IMG/VR virus record: IMGVR_UViG_3300028594_000178 | Span: 1 to 36,047 of that record | Origin: a virus | Taxonomy: Duplodnaviria; Caudoviricetes | Length of the DNA: 36,047 nt | Reading direction: 5' to 3' (one strand) | Shown here: positions 25,302 to 34,423 of the stretch, piece after piece | Layout of the letters: the number at the start of each line of letters is the position of its first letter | How positions within the stretch are numbered: position 1 is the stretch's first letter | The notes under the pieces: generated by a model | The model's input: the letters and a program-made list of their open reading frames with translations, nothing else | What the model was told of the DNA's origin: nothing | The model's database searches: none | Made by a program: the position numbers and the translations under genes

Positions 25302-26509
25302 TCGCCCTCACCTCCTTCAGATGCTCTTTTCTTTCTTTCATTTGCAGGCAAGTCTATAGGATATAGATCACCCGACACCCAAAGCTTAGATGCGTTCCCT
25401 CCAGCTGGTGGCAAGTCCTCGAATTCTCTTACCTCGTCCTGCGAGAACCAACCATTTCTAATTCCATATTGATAGAATTTCGCTCTGGTGTCGGTATCAC
25501 CTCGCATTAATCCACCTAAATTAAATTTGAAATAATAGCCTTTTTGCCTTTCTTCTCTTGTTAATAGCTTTCTATTAAACTCATGTTCATACTGCCTTAC
25601 GATAGGTGTAATGGTCATTTGAACGTATTGAATCATGGCTTGTTCATTAGAAGAAAAACTTTGACCATCTTTATCATTTAAAAACGCCACTGGAATGTTA
25701 AAGACATTAGCTACTCTTGAACGTGTTATTTGTTCAGACTTCAATGTGTCAGATGCAAAATATTTTTTCTCTATAGGATCAATGTCAACGCCAGGTTCTT
25801 TAAATAAGATTCCGCCATTGTCTTGGTAAAATCTTTTAAAGTCCTCTACTACTTTTGCCCTTTTTTCGGTATCAATGTTGCTTCCATATTCAAGAATAAA
25901 GCTGTCCGGCTTCTTCATTTCTTGCAAGCTAAACTCTTGTACAGCTTTGTCATATTCCAGTGTATTCCTTAATACATCTAACGGATTGATGCCTTTCCAT
26001 CTCGATGTTCCCGTTATGTGCTTTACATGCAGCATGTTCATGTTGTGAAAATAATAAGTGCCACCTTCGCTTTGTACTTGATACCATAAATTATCATCAT
26101 CCAAATTAATAAATGGAGTGACGTAATCCGAATCAAGTGGGACTATTCTTTCAACCTGCATACGAATATCACGGAAAATAACAGCATAAGCATTTCCTGT
26201 TTCGTTTCGTGACACTTCCATTTTGTTTATAAAGTCATATCCATGCATGTTGTCGTTTGGTTCGTTTATTAGCACGTCAGATGCTTGATTATGCGCTATT
26301 TCGTAGTCGTTATACAACTTTAAGGGCAATATGGATACTGTGTTAGCTAATCGAGTAATAACGCTAAATATCGTCTCGTTCGTAGCTAATTTACTGTTAT
26401 CAATTCCCCAAAACGTGCGACCAAACCAATTTGTAAAGTCAGATGACTTGCTTTTCCAACCTGCGACAGCACCTTTAAAAGATTGCCTTATTCTATCTAT
26501 CCATTTCAA
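25298..26509 (-). CDS. Portal protein, HK97 family
   Basis: GNAY, LHVK, GINPL, VANVFNIP, EVREFEDLPP; likely TTG start at 26509. Confidence 0.95.
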   Translation of the reverse strand: MKWIDRIRQSFKGAVAGWKSKSSDFTNWFGRTFWGIDNSKLATNETIFSVITRLANTVSILPLKLYNDYEIAHNQASDVLINEPNDNMHGYDFINKMEVSRNETGNAYAVIFRDIRMQVERIVPLDSDYVTPFINLDDDNLWYQVQSEGGTYYFHNMNMLHVKHITGTSRWKGINPLDVLRNTLEYDKAVQEFSLQEMKKPDSFILEYGSNIDTEKRAKVVEDFKRFYQDNGGILFKEPGVDIDPIEKKYFASDTLKSEQITRSRVANVFNIPVAFLNDKDGQSFSSNEQAMIQYVQMTITPIVRQYEHEFNRKLLTREERQKGYYFKFNLGGLMRGDTDTRAKFYQYGIRNGWFSQDEVREFEDLPPAGGNASKLWVSGDLYPIDLPANERKKRASEGGEGE

Positions 26510-26530
26510 TTTCTCACCTACTTTCAAGGC

Positions 26531-26557
26531 AAAATAAAAAAGAACCTTGTTAGGTTC
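26531..26557 (-). terminator. Intrinsic terminator upstream of the portal gene
   Basis: GAACCT-AACA-AGGTTC followed by TTTTTTATTTT. Confidence 0.65.
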
Positions 26558-26587
26558 AGTATAGTTTAACGACTTTTCGGTCGAGTT

Positions 26588-27907
26588 TTAAATTTCCGTA
26601 ATTTCTAACGCACAGTAATCAGGACGCAATCCCGACGTACCGCTTACACCCGTTACTCTTATTTTGAAACCTTGCGTTGTAGCAGGTGTCACGTACGCAA
26701 GTAAAGGTCCTGTTGACGATTCTTTCCAATTCGTGTTAGACAGGTTAACACTCATCCATATCGCTAGATTGTTGTCGGCTACAACCGCGTTACTGTCTGC
26801 GGTCACTAGCCTTAATATCACATATCCCTCTGTTTTTATAGACGCTGTAACAAATACGCGATAAGTCTTTCCTGCTTCAAGAGTAAATACCCCGGAATTA
26901 GCGTCATAAGCTATTCCTTCGCCGCCATACTTTCTATTAAAAATACACGTTGTTCCAACCGTTAACGATTGCTCCGAGCCGGTTCGACGCGCGTATAAAT
27001 ACTGCTTAGGCTTGGATTTAGGCGCATATATAACGCCATTGATCGTTAACTCCCCACTCTCATTTACGCCAAGTTTCGCTAAATCTTCCGCATTATTATG
27101 TTCATGACTTTTCGCTACTGCATCGTCAATCTGCGTTATCGTACTCGAAGGCTTATTCGCCAAGTTCGCATAATCAACGTCATCGAATACGAGTCTTTCA
27201 CCAGCTACCTTAACGACTTTACCGTCTGCTCCCGTATAACTTGACGGTGTGTCTTTTAACGCTGTAAATTCATCGCTAAATGTAAACGCGCCGATAAACT
27301 CCCACATTCCTTTATCTTCGGAATATACGTACATACTACGATTATCATCCCGTGTTTCATCCGTGAGAACGACCGCTAAATCTCCGTTGCTTTTATTGAC
27401 AATTCCGTTTAACTCTGCAAATGATTCGAGTTTACCGATAAATCGCATTCCTGCTGTTACTGATGCAAGCAAATCGTTAATATCATCTATTTGCGTCTGA
27501 ATATTGCCTTCTGTGCCCTCGAGTGCTGTATTCAAGTCAGCTACACCTAGATTTAATCCGTCAATAGACTTGACGAACACCTCGCTACCTCGAACCCCCA
27601 CAGTGACAGCATCGACTTTGTTCTTTAGAAAATCCGGCTCATCATCCGAGAACGTCCGAACCTTTCCTTGTTCCCGCTCAATTTGTTCGGTTACAAAATC
27701 AACAATTCCTTGCACGTCCTCTTTCGTGTTATATCGGTCATCGTGATTGTGTTCGCTTGGCGGGTATGTTTGTGGTTTGTTCGTGACGTTAGCCCAACCT
27801 ACCGAACCGGCTTCGCCTCCGCCACCGCCAATCCCTAGTTCGTCGATATTAGCTATTTTTATTACTTCCACATACTCTTGCCTGTCCTTGTCCCAAACAT
27901 AAGCCAT
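26588..27907 (-). CDS. Fibre-like protein inserted between terL and portal
   Basis: W..VTNKP...PPSEHNHDDRY and Y..LANKP...SHEH fibre motifs; beta-rich C-terminus resembling C1q/BclA-C. Confidence 0.6.
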   Translation of the reverse strand: MAYVWDKDRQEYVEVIKIANIDELGIGGGGGEAGSVGWANVTNKPQTYPPSEHNHDDRYNTKEDVQGIVDFVTEQIEREQGKVRTFSDDEPDFLKNKVDAVTVGVRGSEVFVKSIDGLNLGVADLNTALEGTEGNIQTQIDDINDLLASVTAGMRFIGKLESFAELNGIVNKSNGDLAVVLTDETRDDNRSMYVYSEDKGMWEFIGAFTFSDEFTALKDTPSSYTGADGKVVKVAGERLVFDDVDYANLANKPSSTITQIDDAVAKSHEHNNAEDLAKLGVNESGELTINGVIYAPKSKPKQYLYARRTGSEQSLTVGTTCIFNRKYGGEGIAYDANSGVFTLEAGKTYRVFVTASIKTEGYVILRLVTADSNAVVADNNLAIWMSVNLSNTNWKESSTGPLLAYVTPATTQGFKIRVTGVSGTSGLRPDYCALEITEI

Positions 27908-28027
27908 TTACTCACTTCCCTCCTCTTCTTCGGCATTCTCTTCGCCATCCTCTTGGGGTTTATTTTCGACCAAAACCTTTACAACTCGCACGTATTCCCC
28001 TGATTCTTTGTCGTAATCATAAGCCAT
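27908..28027 (-). CDS. 39-aa acidic peptide (absent from the ORF track)
   Basis: RBS GAGGTG; MAYDYDKESGEYVRVVKVLVENKPQEDGEENAEEEEGSE. Confidence 0.75.
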   Translation of the reverse strand: MAYDYDKESGEYVRVVKVLVENKPQEDGEENAEEEEGSE

Positions 28028-28039
28028 GTAATCACCTCT

Positions 28040-29803
28040 TTAGCTTAATAGGTCACTAACAGATACAAAATCGATATTCCCATCGCCTTGTGGTTCAACC
28101 ATCAAAGGCATAACTTCTGTATGAGCATTTAAAAAAGCCGCAAAACCGTCTATTTTACGGTAGCGACCTTGTTTCTGTGGTAAATTATTTCTGTTTCTAT
28201 CCGGTACAATTTTTACATTGTTTACGTACCATCTAAATAATCTGTTGTTATTGAAAACAACCTTCCCGTCTATGAATAATTCTTTCACATCGTCAACCGC
28301 GGGGCCAAGCGTCAATGCTCCTTGTCTTACAATTTTCGTTTCGAACCCATACGATTCTAGAGATTTCACTAATCCAAATGCCTTTGCAGGGTCATAAGTT
28401 ATTAGTTTGATAGAGTATTTTTTGGACTGTTCTACAAACCAATCATAAACATATTCTTTTTTTACATATTCTCCCGGAATAATCGTTAGTAGCCCTAAGC
28501 GCTCATATTCCTTATATGGTATGTTTTCGTTTTCTGCATCAACCTTACTTCTTGGGATCCATGAGTGAGAGTGGACAAAAACTTCTCCGTTATCTAACGG
28601 GAATTCAAGGCAAGCACTCGTAAAGTCCTCGCTATCGGATAGGTCAAAACCTCCAACGCACGTTTTTCCTTCTAAATCTTCTAAATCAATCATTTTATCG
28701 TTTCTTTTCAATGTATTTACGTCAATAAATGATTGTGCATCAGCTTTAACAAACATGTTGAATTGTTTTGTTATATAATCGGATCGCTCTCCTGGATTAC
28801 GTTTTGCTTTTTCCCAGTCCTCGATCATGATTTCTAAATCCAAAGAAACGCCAATGTTAGGGTTGGCTTTAATCCACATTTCGGGCTGGTCAAATTCTTC
28901 TTCACTATCTAATTCAGCGATGTAATAAAACGTCCTTTCATCGTCAATGATCCCATTTAACACATCTGCTGAATCCTCATAATAATCCACTAACGGACCA
29001 TCTAACTGATACCCTGCCGTAGTAATATATAATAGCAAAGGCTGTTTTCTTGATCCGCGTGAGTTCTTGATAACATTAATAAGTTTATAATCCTTAAACT
29101 CGTGAATTTCATCAAACACACCCAAATGAGTATTCAGTCCATCGAGTTTTTCGCTATCAGATGCCCGGTGTTCAATTTTAGAACTTGTTTTCGGGTATCT
29201 TATCTCATCACGTTTAGCCTGGAATTGCCTTCCAAGCCTTGGTGACTTCTTAACCATCTCCTTGGCTTCATCGTAAACTATTCCGGCTTGTTGTTTGGTG
29301 TTGGCTAGAAGATAAACGTCAGCACCTTTTTCACCGTCTTTACTAGAAGAAAATAAAGACACACCAGATACCTTTGTTGATTTACCGTTCTTTCTGCCAA
29401 CAAAAATAAGACCTTCACGAAAGCGCCTTATACCAGTGTCTTTATGAACCCAACCGTAAAGAGAACCAATTGTGAAATGTTGCCAAGGTTGAAACACCAA
29501 TTGTTTAAAAGCCCCTTTAGAAGGTCGGCAAAACTTTTCTATGAAACGGATAGGTCTATGCCCTTTTTCTTCAACAAAAATCCAAGGAAATTTATCTGTA
29601 CCTTGCCTTTTCAGGTCGTTTAAGTGCCTTTTTGCAGCTAAAATATTCTTTTGACTAGCCAAAATTTCGCCTTTTGCAACCTGTTCAGCATACCATGTGG
29701 CTAACAGCTTATCCGATGGCTTTTCTAAAATCGCTCCCTTTTTTATCTGTTCTTTTTTCCATGTTGCATAATCAAAGTTCTTAGAAGTTCTCGAATTCTT
29801 CAT
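28040..29803 (-). CDS. terL: Terminase large subunit (Terminase_1, typical of 3' cos phages)
   Basis: GRKNGKS Walker A, FDEIHE Walker B, ITTAG, GFDLS, KIDG. Confidence 0.96.
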   Translation of the reverse strand: MKNSRTSKNFDYATWKKEQIKKGAILEKPSDKLLATWYAEQVAKGEILASQKNILAAKRHLNDLKRQGTDKFPWIFVEEKGHRPIRFIEKFCRPSKGAFKQLVFQPWQHFTIGSLYGWVHKDTGIRRFREGLIFVGRKNGKSTKVSGVSLFSSSKDGEKGADVYLLANTKQQAGIVYDEAKEMVKKSPRLGRQFQAKRDEIRYPKTSSKIEHRASDSEKLDGLNTHLGVFDEIHEFKDYKLINVIKNSRGSRKQPLLLYITTAGYQLDGPLVDYYEDSADVLNGIIDDERTFYYIAELDSEEEFDQPEMWIKANPNIGVSLDLEIMIEDWEKAKRNPGERSDYITKQFNMFVKADAQSFIDVNTLKRNDKMIDLEDLEGKTCVGGFDLSDSEDFTSACLEFPLDNGEVFVHSHSWIPRSKVDAENENIPYKEYERLGLLTIIPGEYVKKEYVYDWFVEQSKKYSIKLITYDPAKAFGLVKSLESYGFETKIVRQGALTLGPAVDDVKELFIDGKVVFNNNRLFRWYVNNVKIVPDRNRNNLPQKQGRYRKIDGFAAFLNAHTEVMPLMVEPQGDGNIDFVSVSDLLS

Positions 29804-30110
29804 CTATATCACTCGCTACTTCTTTAGGGAGCAGGTTGAACAACTCTTTATATGTTGTATTGTACCTTTGGATCATCGTGTTATATGTCTGAACTTCCGG
29901 GCTTTGTCTTCTGATTGAATATTCGCCTTGTGGCATTATGTCAACAGTGCCTTTTTCATTTATTTCGTCTTTTAACTCCTGTAAGGTTACTCGCATGAAT
30001 GCGGCTTCTTCGATTAACCCTTGTGCAGCATCTCTTTTGTCTGCATCAACAGCACTAAATATTTCAATCAGTCTTTCAACCTCTAATTCGATCCGTTCTT
30101 CCTTATCCAT
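29781..30110 (-). CDS. terS: Terminase small subunit (P27-like)
   Basis: Upstream of and overlapping terL; AAFM...L..L...I...G...P....Y pattern; ATG at 30110 after AGGTGA. Confidence 0.85.
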   Translation of the reverse strand: MDKEERIELEVERLIEIFSAVDADKRDAAQGLIEEAAFMRVTLQELKDEINEKGTVDIMPQGEYSIRRQSPEVQTYNTMIQRYNTTYKELFNLLPKEVASDIDEEFENF

Positions 30111-30170
30111 GTGTTTCACCTACTTTCGCTTAGGGGTGGGGATCATGTAAAACCAACTTTTGTGTGCACG

Positions 30171-30497
30171 AAGGGCAAGGAATCTTACGTCTTTACAAAA
30201 TCAGAACGTCCTGCTGTCGATAATATAAAGTTTGTTCATCCTGATATTTTGAGTTTTATCCAAGAATTAAAAGACCAAGCAGGTAAAAATATATGGGTTG
30301 TAGGGGGCGGGCGTTTAATCTATCACTTTTTGAAGAATAATTTAATTGATGAAATGATTGTAACGGTTGCGCCTGTTATTTTGGGTAAAGGCATTCCGCT
30401 GTTTAGGGAAGGCGACTATTCACTAAAACTTTCATTGGAAAATGTGCGGAAATTTAATCAGTTTGTTGCATTACATTATAAAGTTGTGAAGTCATAA
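30171..30497 (+). pseudogene. 3' half of a DHFR/RibD-C family gene, cut at the phage junction
   Basis: KGKESYVFT...GKNIWVVGGG...LIDEM...APVILGKGIPLF; the N-terminal half is absent. Confidence 0.85.
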
Positions 30498-30515
30498 AAA
30501 TCAGCAGATAACGAA

Positions 30516-30560
30516 GAAAACGCACGCTTCTCCCGAAAAGGAGAGCGTGCGTTTTTTTTT
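30516..30560. terminator. Bidirectional terminator
   Basis: AAAACGCACGCT...AGCGTGCGTTTTTTTT between convergent genes. Confidence 0.85.
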
Positions 30561-31119
30561 ATAAGGTTTTAATCATGTGCCAGTAAACGTGATGGCTGAT
30601 GACAAGTTGAGTAACAGACTGAAAGCCTAATTTTTGATAAAGATTATACGCCGGAACATTGTCCGTTTCGCAATTCAAGCCCATACGTTCATAGCCGAGT
30701 TCTTTTGCAACCTCTGCGGCATGCTGAATAAGCGCACTTGCAATGCCTTGCCGGCGGAAATTCGGATCAATCACCAGTGTGTCTAAATACCATTCGCCTG
30801 GGAGTGTCTCATTTTCTTGGCTGATTTTTTTGTAAGAAAAACCGTGCTTTAAAAAGGAAGCTTGTAAAGGACCATCAATAAGCGGTTCCAACCGTCCCGG
30901 ATAGCCGAAAAGCACTCCTGCAATTTCTTCTTCTACCATATAAACATAGGCATTTTCATAGCCATACCGATACTGCGGACTGTACATCGCGTCGACAACT
31001 ATCTTTTCAAACACATCTTCCTCAATGGTCTCCAAAATAGATAATTCCATGTCTTTCAATATTTTCAAAACGAAAGGGTACAAGCGCGGGATTTCATCTT
31101 TTTTCACTTTTCTTATCAT
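30559..31119 (-). CDS. GNAT-family N-acetyltransferase
   Basis: WYLDTLVIDPNFRRQGIAS, N..AYNLYQKLGF. Confidence 0.92.
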   Translation of the reverse strand: MIRKVKKDEIPRLYPFVLKILKDMELSILETIEEDVFEKIVVDAMYSPQYRYGYENAYVYMVEEEIAGVLFGYPGRLEPLIDGPLQASFLKHGFSYKKISQENETLPGEWYLDTLVIDPNFRRQGIASALIQHAAEVAKELGYERMGLNCETDNVPAYNLYQKLGFQSVTQLVISHHVYWHMIKTL

Positions 31120-31361
31120 AATTTCACACTCTTTCGAAAATCTCTTTGCGATTATACCAAATACAAGAAGAGATAGAAAGAAGGAGTGGCTTAATTTAAC
31201 ACGCTGTGGAAGGGGACGGTCAAGCGTCAGCGGATTACAGCAGACGTAACTTATCGAAGAAATTTAACAGCATGAATGTAAAGCAGTTTCGTGAGCTTTA
31301 TTGATTCTATTTAGCCGCTGTTTTTCTGTAAAATGTATCTAAATAAAGGAGGTAGGTTTGT

Positions 31362-32243
31362 ATGTTTGAAATTAATTTGGACAAGTTTAAAGTTAAAGCG
31401 GGCGAATCGGTTTACTTGGCAGATTTTCCGACTCGTCCTGATTTAGAAGATATCAGTGACTCTGAAATTAATCAAAAATTAGATGAGAATACCGAACAAT
31501 TAACCGAATGGCAACAGAAGTTGATGGCTGAGCAAACACGCGGCTTGATTTTTGTTCTGCAAGCTATGGACGCAGCCGGAAAAGATGAGGCCGTCCGTTA
31601 TTTATTTTCGCGTTTAAGTTCACAAGCGTTGCATACGACATCCTTTGATAAACCCAATGAAGAAGAGCTGAATCATGACTATCTCTGGCGCTTACATGAT
31701 GCCATGCCGGAACGCGGTGTCATTGGGGTCTTTAACCGTTCGCATTATGAGGATTTAATAGCGGCGCAAGTTTACAATTCAATTGCGGATGAACCATTGC
31801 CTGATGCGATTAAAAATGACCCGGATATATGGAAAAAACGATATAAGCAAGTGCGAAATTTTGAAACATATCTAGCTGAAAATGGCTTTTATATGATAAA
31901 AATATATCTGCATATCTCAAAGGATGTTCAAAAAGAGCGTTTAATTGACCGATTGGAAAACCCTGATCGCAATTGGGAGTTTTCATTTAGCGATTTAGAA
32001 GACCGTGAAAAGTGGAATGAACAAATGAAAGCTTTCGCGGATACTTTCGAACACACATCAACAGAAGAAGCTCCTTGGTTTATTATTCCGGCAGATCACG
32101 GGGATTACGGCCGATTGCTGATCAGTGAAATTTTGTTGAGCAAGATGGAAGAGTTAAATCCTAAGTATCCAGAAACTTCAGAGGAAGACAAAGAAAAAAT
32201 GAAACAAGCTGTCGAAGATTTACGTAATGGAAAATACGATTAA
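31362..32243 (+). CDS. ppk2: Polyphosphate kinase 2 family protein
   Basis: LQAMDAAGKD, HDYLWR, FNRSHYED, APWFIIPAD. Confidence 0.92.
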   Translation: MFEINLDKFKVKAGESVYLADFPTRPDLEDISDSEINQKLDENTEQLTEWQQKLMAEQTRGLIFVLQAMDAAGKDEAVRYLFSRLSSQALHTTSFDKPNEEELNHDYLWRLHDAMPERGVIGVFNRSHYEDLIAAQVYNSIADEPLPDAIKNDPDIWKKRYKQVRNFETYLAENGFYMIKIYLHISKDVQKERLIDRLENPDRNWEFSFSDLEDREKWNEQMKAFADTFEHTSTEEAPWFIIPADHGDYGRLLISEILLSKMEELNPKYPETSEEDKEKMKQAVEDLRNGKYD

Positions 32244-32264
32244 ATATCCAAAGGGGCTGAGAGA

Positions 32265-32367
32265 GGCTGGAAAAAAACTCAGTCTCAAAACAAAAATCGC
32301 AATGAACAATCAAATTTTTGATTGATTCCATTGCGATTTGATTATTTAGGGCTAGTTTTTCCCAGCC
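32265..32367. repeat. Nested palindromic intergenic element
   Basis: GGCTGGAAAAAAACT...AGTTTTTCCCAGCC enclosing AAATCGCAATG...CATTGCGATTT. Confidence 0.55.
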
Positions 32368-32698
32368 AAAAGTGTCTGCAAATTATATGATGCCGTTAAT
32401 CCGATTTTCGGCACCGTAAAAGTAAGGAATTCCAAAATTAAATACTGGCTATCCTCCCAAATGACTTCAAATTTATGAGGCATTTCCCAGGGTAAACCGG
32501 CTACCCTCGTAAATGACATCTGAAAAATCAGGCGTTTCTCAGGACAAGCTGGTTTACCTAGGAAACTCCCCATAAAAATACAGCCGTTTGTATGGAGAGT
32601 TACAAAAATCTGCCTCGATATACTCACCCGTTCATTGTCAGTGGCATATTCAAAAGCATTATGATAGACTGACAAAGGCATTAGAAAGGGGTATGGGT

Positions 32699-34423
32699 AT
32701 GAGTGCTTTTCATGATTTAAAGAAATATTATAAAGGTTTAATTTTAGTCTTTTTTCTTACAATGGCAAATGCGATCGGTGAGTTAATTTTACCTTTTTTA
32801 TTATCTCAGATAGTGAACGAAGGGATCTCTCAAGGAGACATCCAAACTGTTTTAAGAATTGGATTCATTATGTTGATTGTTACTTTATTAACGGTAACCG
32901 TCCGTTCATCCGCTTCTTATTTTTCCGCAAAAAATTCAATGGGCTTCTCCCATGATTTAAGAAACCGTCTTTTCAAAAAAGTAAATGATCTGACATTTGA
33001 TGAAACAGAGTTCTTTGGCATTTCATCTTTAATTACGCGAACGACAAATGATGTTGACGCGGTCGAGCAGTTTACACTGCTGGCGCAGCGGCCTTTGTTG
33101 CGGGCACCGCTAGGATTTTTCGGTGGTTTAGTTATGGCCTTTCTCGCACATCGCCGTTTAACGCTGATTGTTTTAACGAGTCTGCCTATTATTTTTGTCA
33201 TCATTTATTTTATTGTCCAAAAAGTGTTGCCCGATTTTCCGAAGTTGCAACGTGCGCTCGATCGGATTAATTTACAAATGAGACAACGTTTAACCGGTCT
33301 AAAAGTAACGCGTGCTTTTAATCAAAATGAATATGAAAAAGAAGAATTTTCAAATGCGAATGACAATTATTATGGTTACTCGATCCGCATTAATAATATT
33401 TTACGGACAACACGTCCGTTAATGGCGTCTATTGTGGGGATTACGATTGTATTGGCCGTGTTTGTCGGGACAGGTTTTATTCTAGATGGCAGCCTTCAGG
33501 TCGGAACCTTGATGGCTTTCATTCAATACACCACGCAGATGCTGAATTCCTTGGTGATGTTTGCTAACTTATTAACGATTTTCCCGCGGACAACAACCTC
33601 CGTCAAACGGGTAGAGGAAGTCTTAAATTATCCTTCACGTAAAGTGGGCGGGGATAAGCATTTAGAGCATAATATTTCTTCGATTGAAGCAAAAGACTTA
33701 GCGTTTAGTTATCCGGGCAGTCAGAAAAATGTTTTAGAAGCAATTAATTTCAATGTTGAAAAGGGAGAAGTACTCGGTGTTATCGGCGGAACCGGCTCTG
33801 GGAAATCGACCCTGTTAAAATTGCTGATGCAATTTTACGATCCCACGTCAGGAGAATTGCTTGTTAACGACGTGTCAATTGAAGAGTTAGAACCAGCAGC
33901 TGTCAGAAGTGAGCTTTCCTATGTTCCGCAACAAAACTTCTTTTTTACGAATACGCTGCGGGAAAACATTTATTATGCAAACCCGACGATTCCTGATGAA
34001 GAAGTGCATGATTATTTATTAATCACGGATGCACGGGACTTTTTACCAGAAGAAAAACCATTGGAAAGTCATATGTCGCGTGGGGGCGGTAACTTCTCAG
34101 GCGGGCAGCAACAACGCCTGGCCTTGACACGTGCGCTATCGCGGGACGCTTCGGTGTATGTCTTTGATGATTCGTTCTCTGCCTTAGATTATCAAACGGA
34201 CTATACCATTCGTAAAAACTTACAGGATACACTGGACCAAGCCATAACGATTGTGGTTGCACAGAGGGTAGCGACTATCCGCCATGCGGATAAGATACTT
34301 GTTTTAGAAGATGGAAAAATGGCGGGCTATGGGAACCATGAGATGTTAATGAAAAGTAATCAAGTGTATCAAGAAATTGCACGTTCGCAAGCCCAAGGTG
34401 AGGAGGATCTACATGACATTTAA
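32699..34423 (+). CDS. ABC exporter subunit 1 (fused permease and ATPase)
   Basis: Transmembrane domain, GGTGSGKST, FSGGQQQR, degenerate FDDS/AQR; RBS GAAAGGGG suits ATG 32699. Confidence 0.93.
   Translation: MSAFHDLKKYYKGLILVFFLTMANAIGELILPFLLSQIVNEGISQGDIQTVLRIGFIMLIVTLLTVTVRSSASYFSAKNSMGFSHDLRNRLFKKVNDLTFDETEFFGISSLITRTTNDVDAVEQFTLLAQRPLLRAPLGFFGGLVMAFLAHRRLTLIVLTSLPIIFVIIYFIVQKVLPDFPKLQRALDRINLQMRQRLTGLKVTRAFNQNEYEKEEFSNANDNYYGYSIRINNILRTTRPLMASIVGITIVLAVFVGTGFILDGSLQVGTLMAFIQYTTQMLNSLVMFANLLTIFPRTTTSVKRVEEVLNYPSRKVGGDKHLEHNISSIEAKDLAFSYPGSQKNVLEAINFNVEKGEVLGVIGGTGSGKSTLLKLLMQFYDPTSGELLVNDVSIEELEPAAVRSELSYVPQQNFFFTNTLRENIYYANPTIPDEEVHDYLLITDARDFLPEEKPLESHMSRGGGNFSGGQQQRLALTRALSRDASVYVFDDSFSALDYQTDYTIRKNLQDTLDQAITIVVAQRVATIRHADKILVLEDGKMAGYGNHEMLMKSNQVYQEIARSQAQGEEDLHDI

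Larger units (their letters stand above)
1..30175. mobile_element. Temperate siphophage genome (partial; HK97-type head, serine integrase) in virion/excised gene order
   Basis: Contiguous repressor, integrase, lysis, tail, head and terminase modules. The integrase abuts the lysis-side accessory region with no host DNA between them. Confidence 0.95.

Noticed and set aside
30111-30497. 128-aa ORF as a complete DHFR-family gene
   Set aside because: The first 20 codons are the antisense of the terS upstream region with no RBS; family similarity starts only near 30171.
32352-32698. 109-aa minus-strand ORF and the extended ABC start at 32588
   Set aside because: No RBS or motifs; the region is palindromic intergenic DNA, and the RBS supports ATG 32699.
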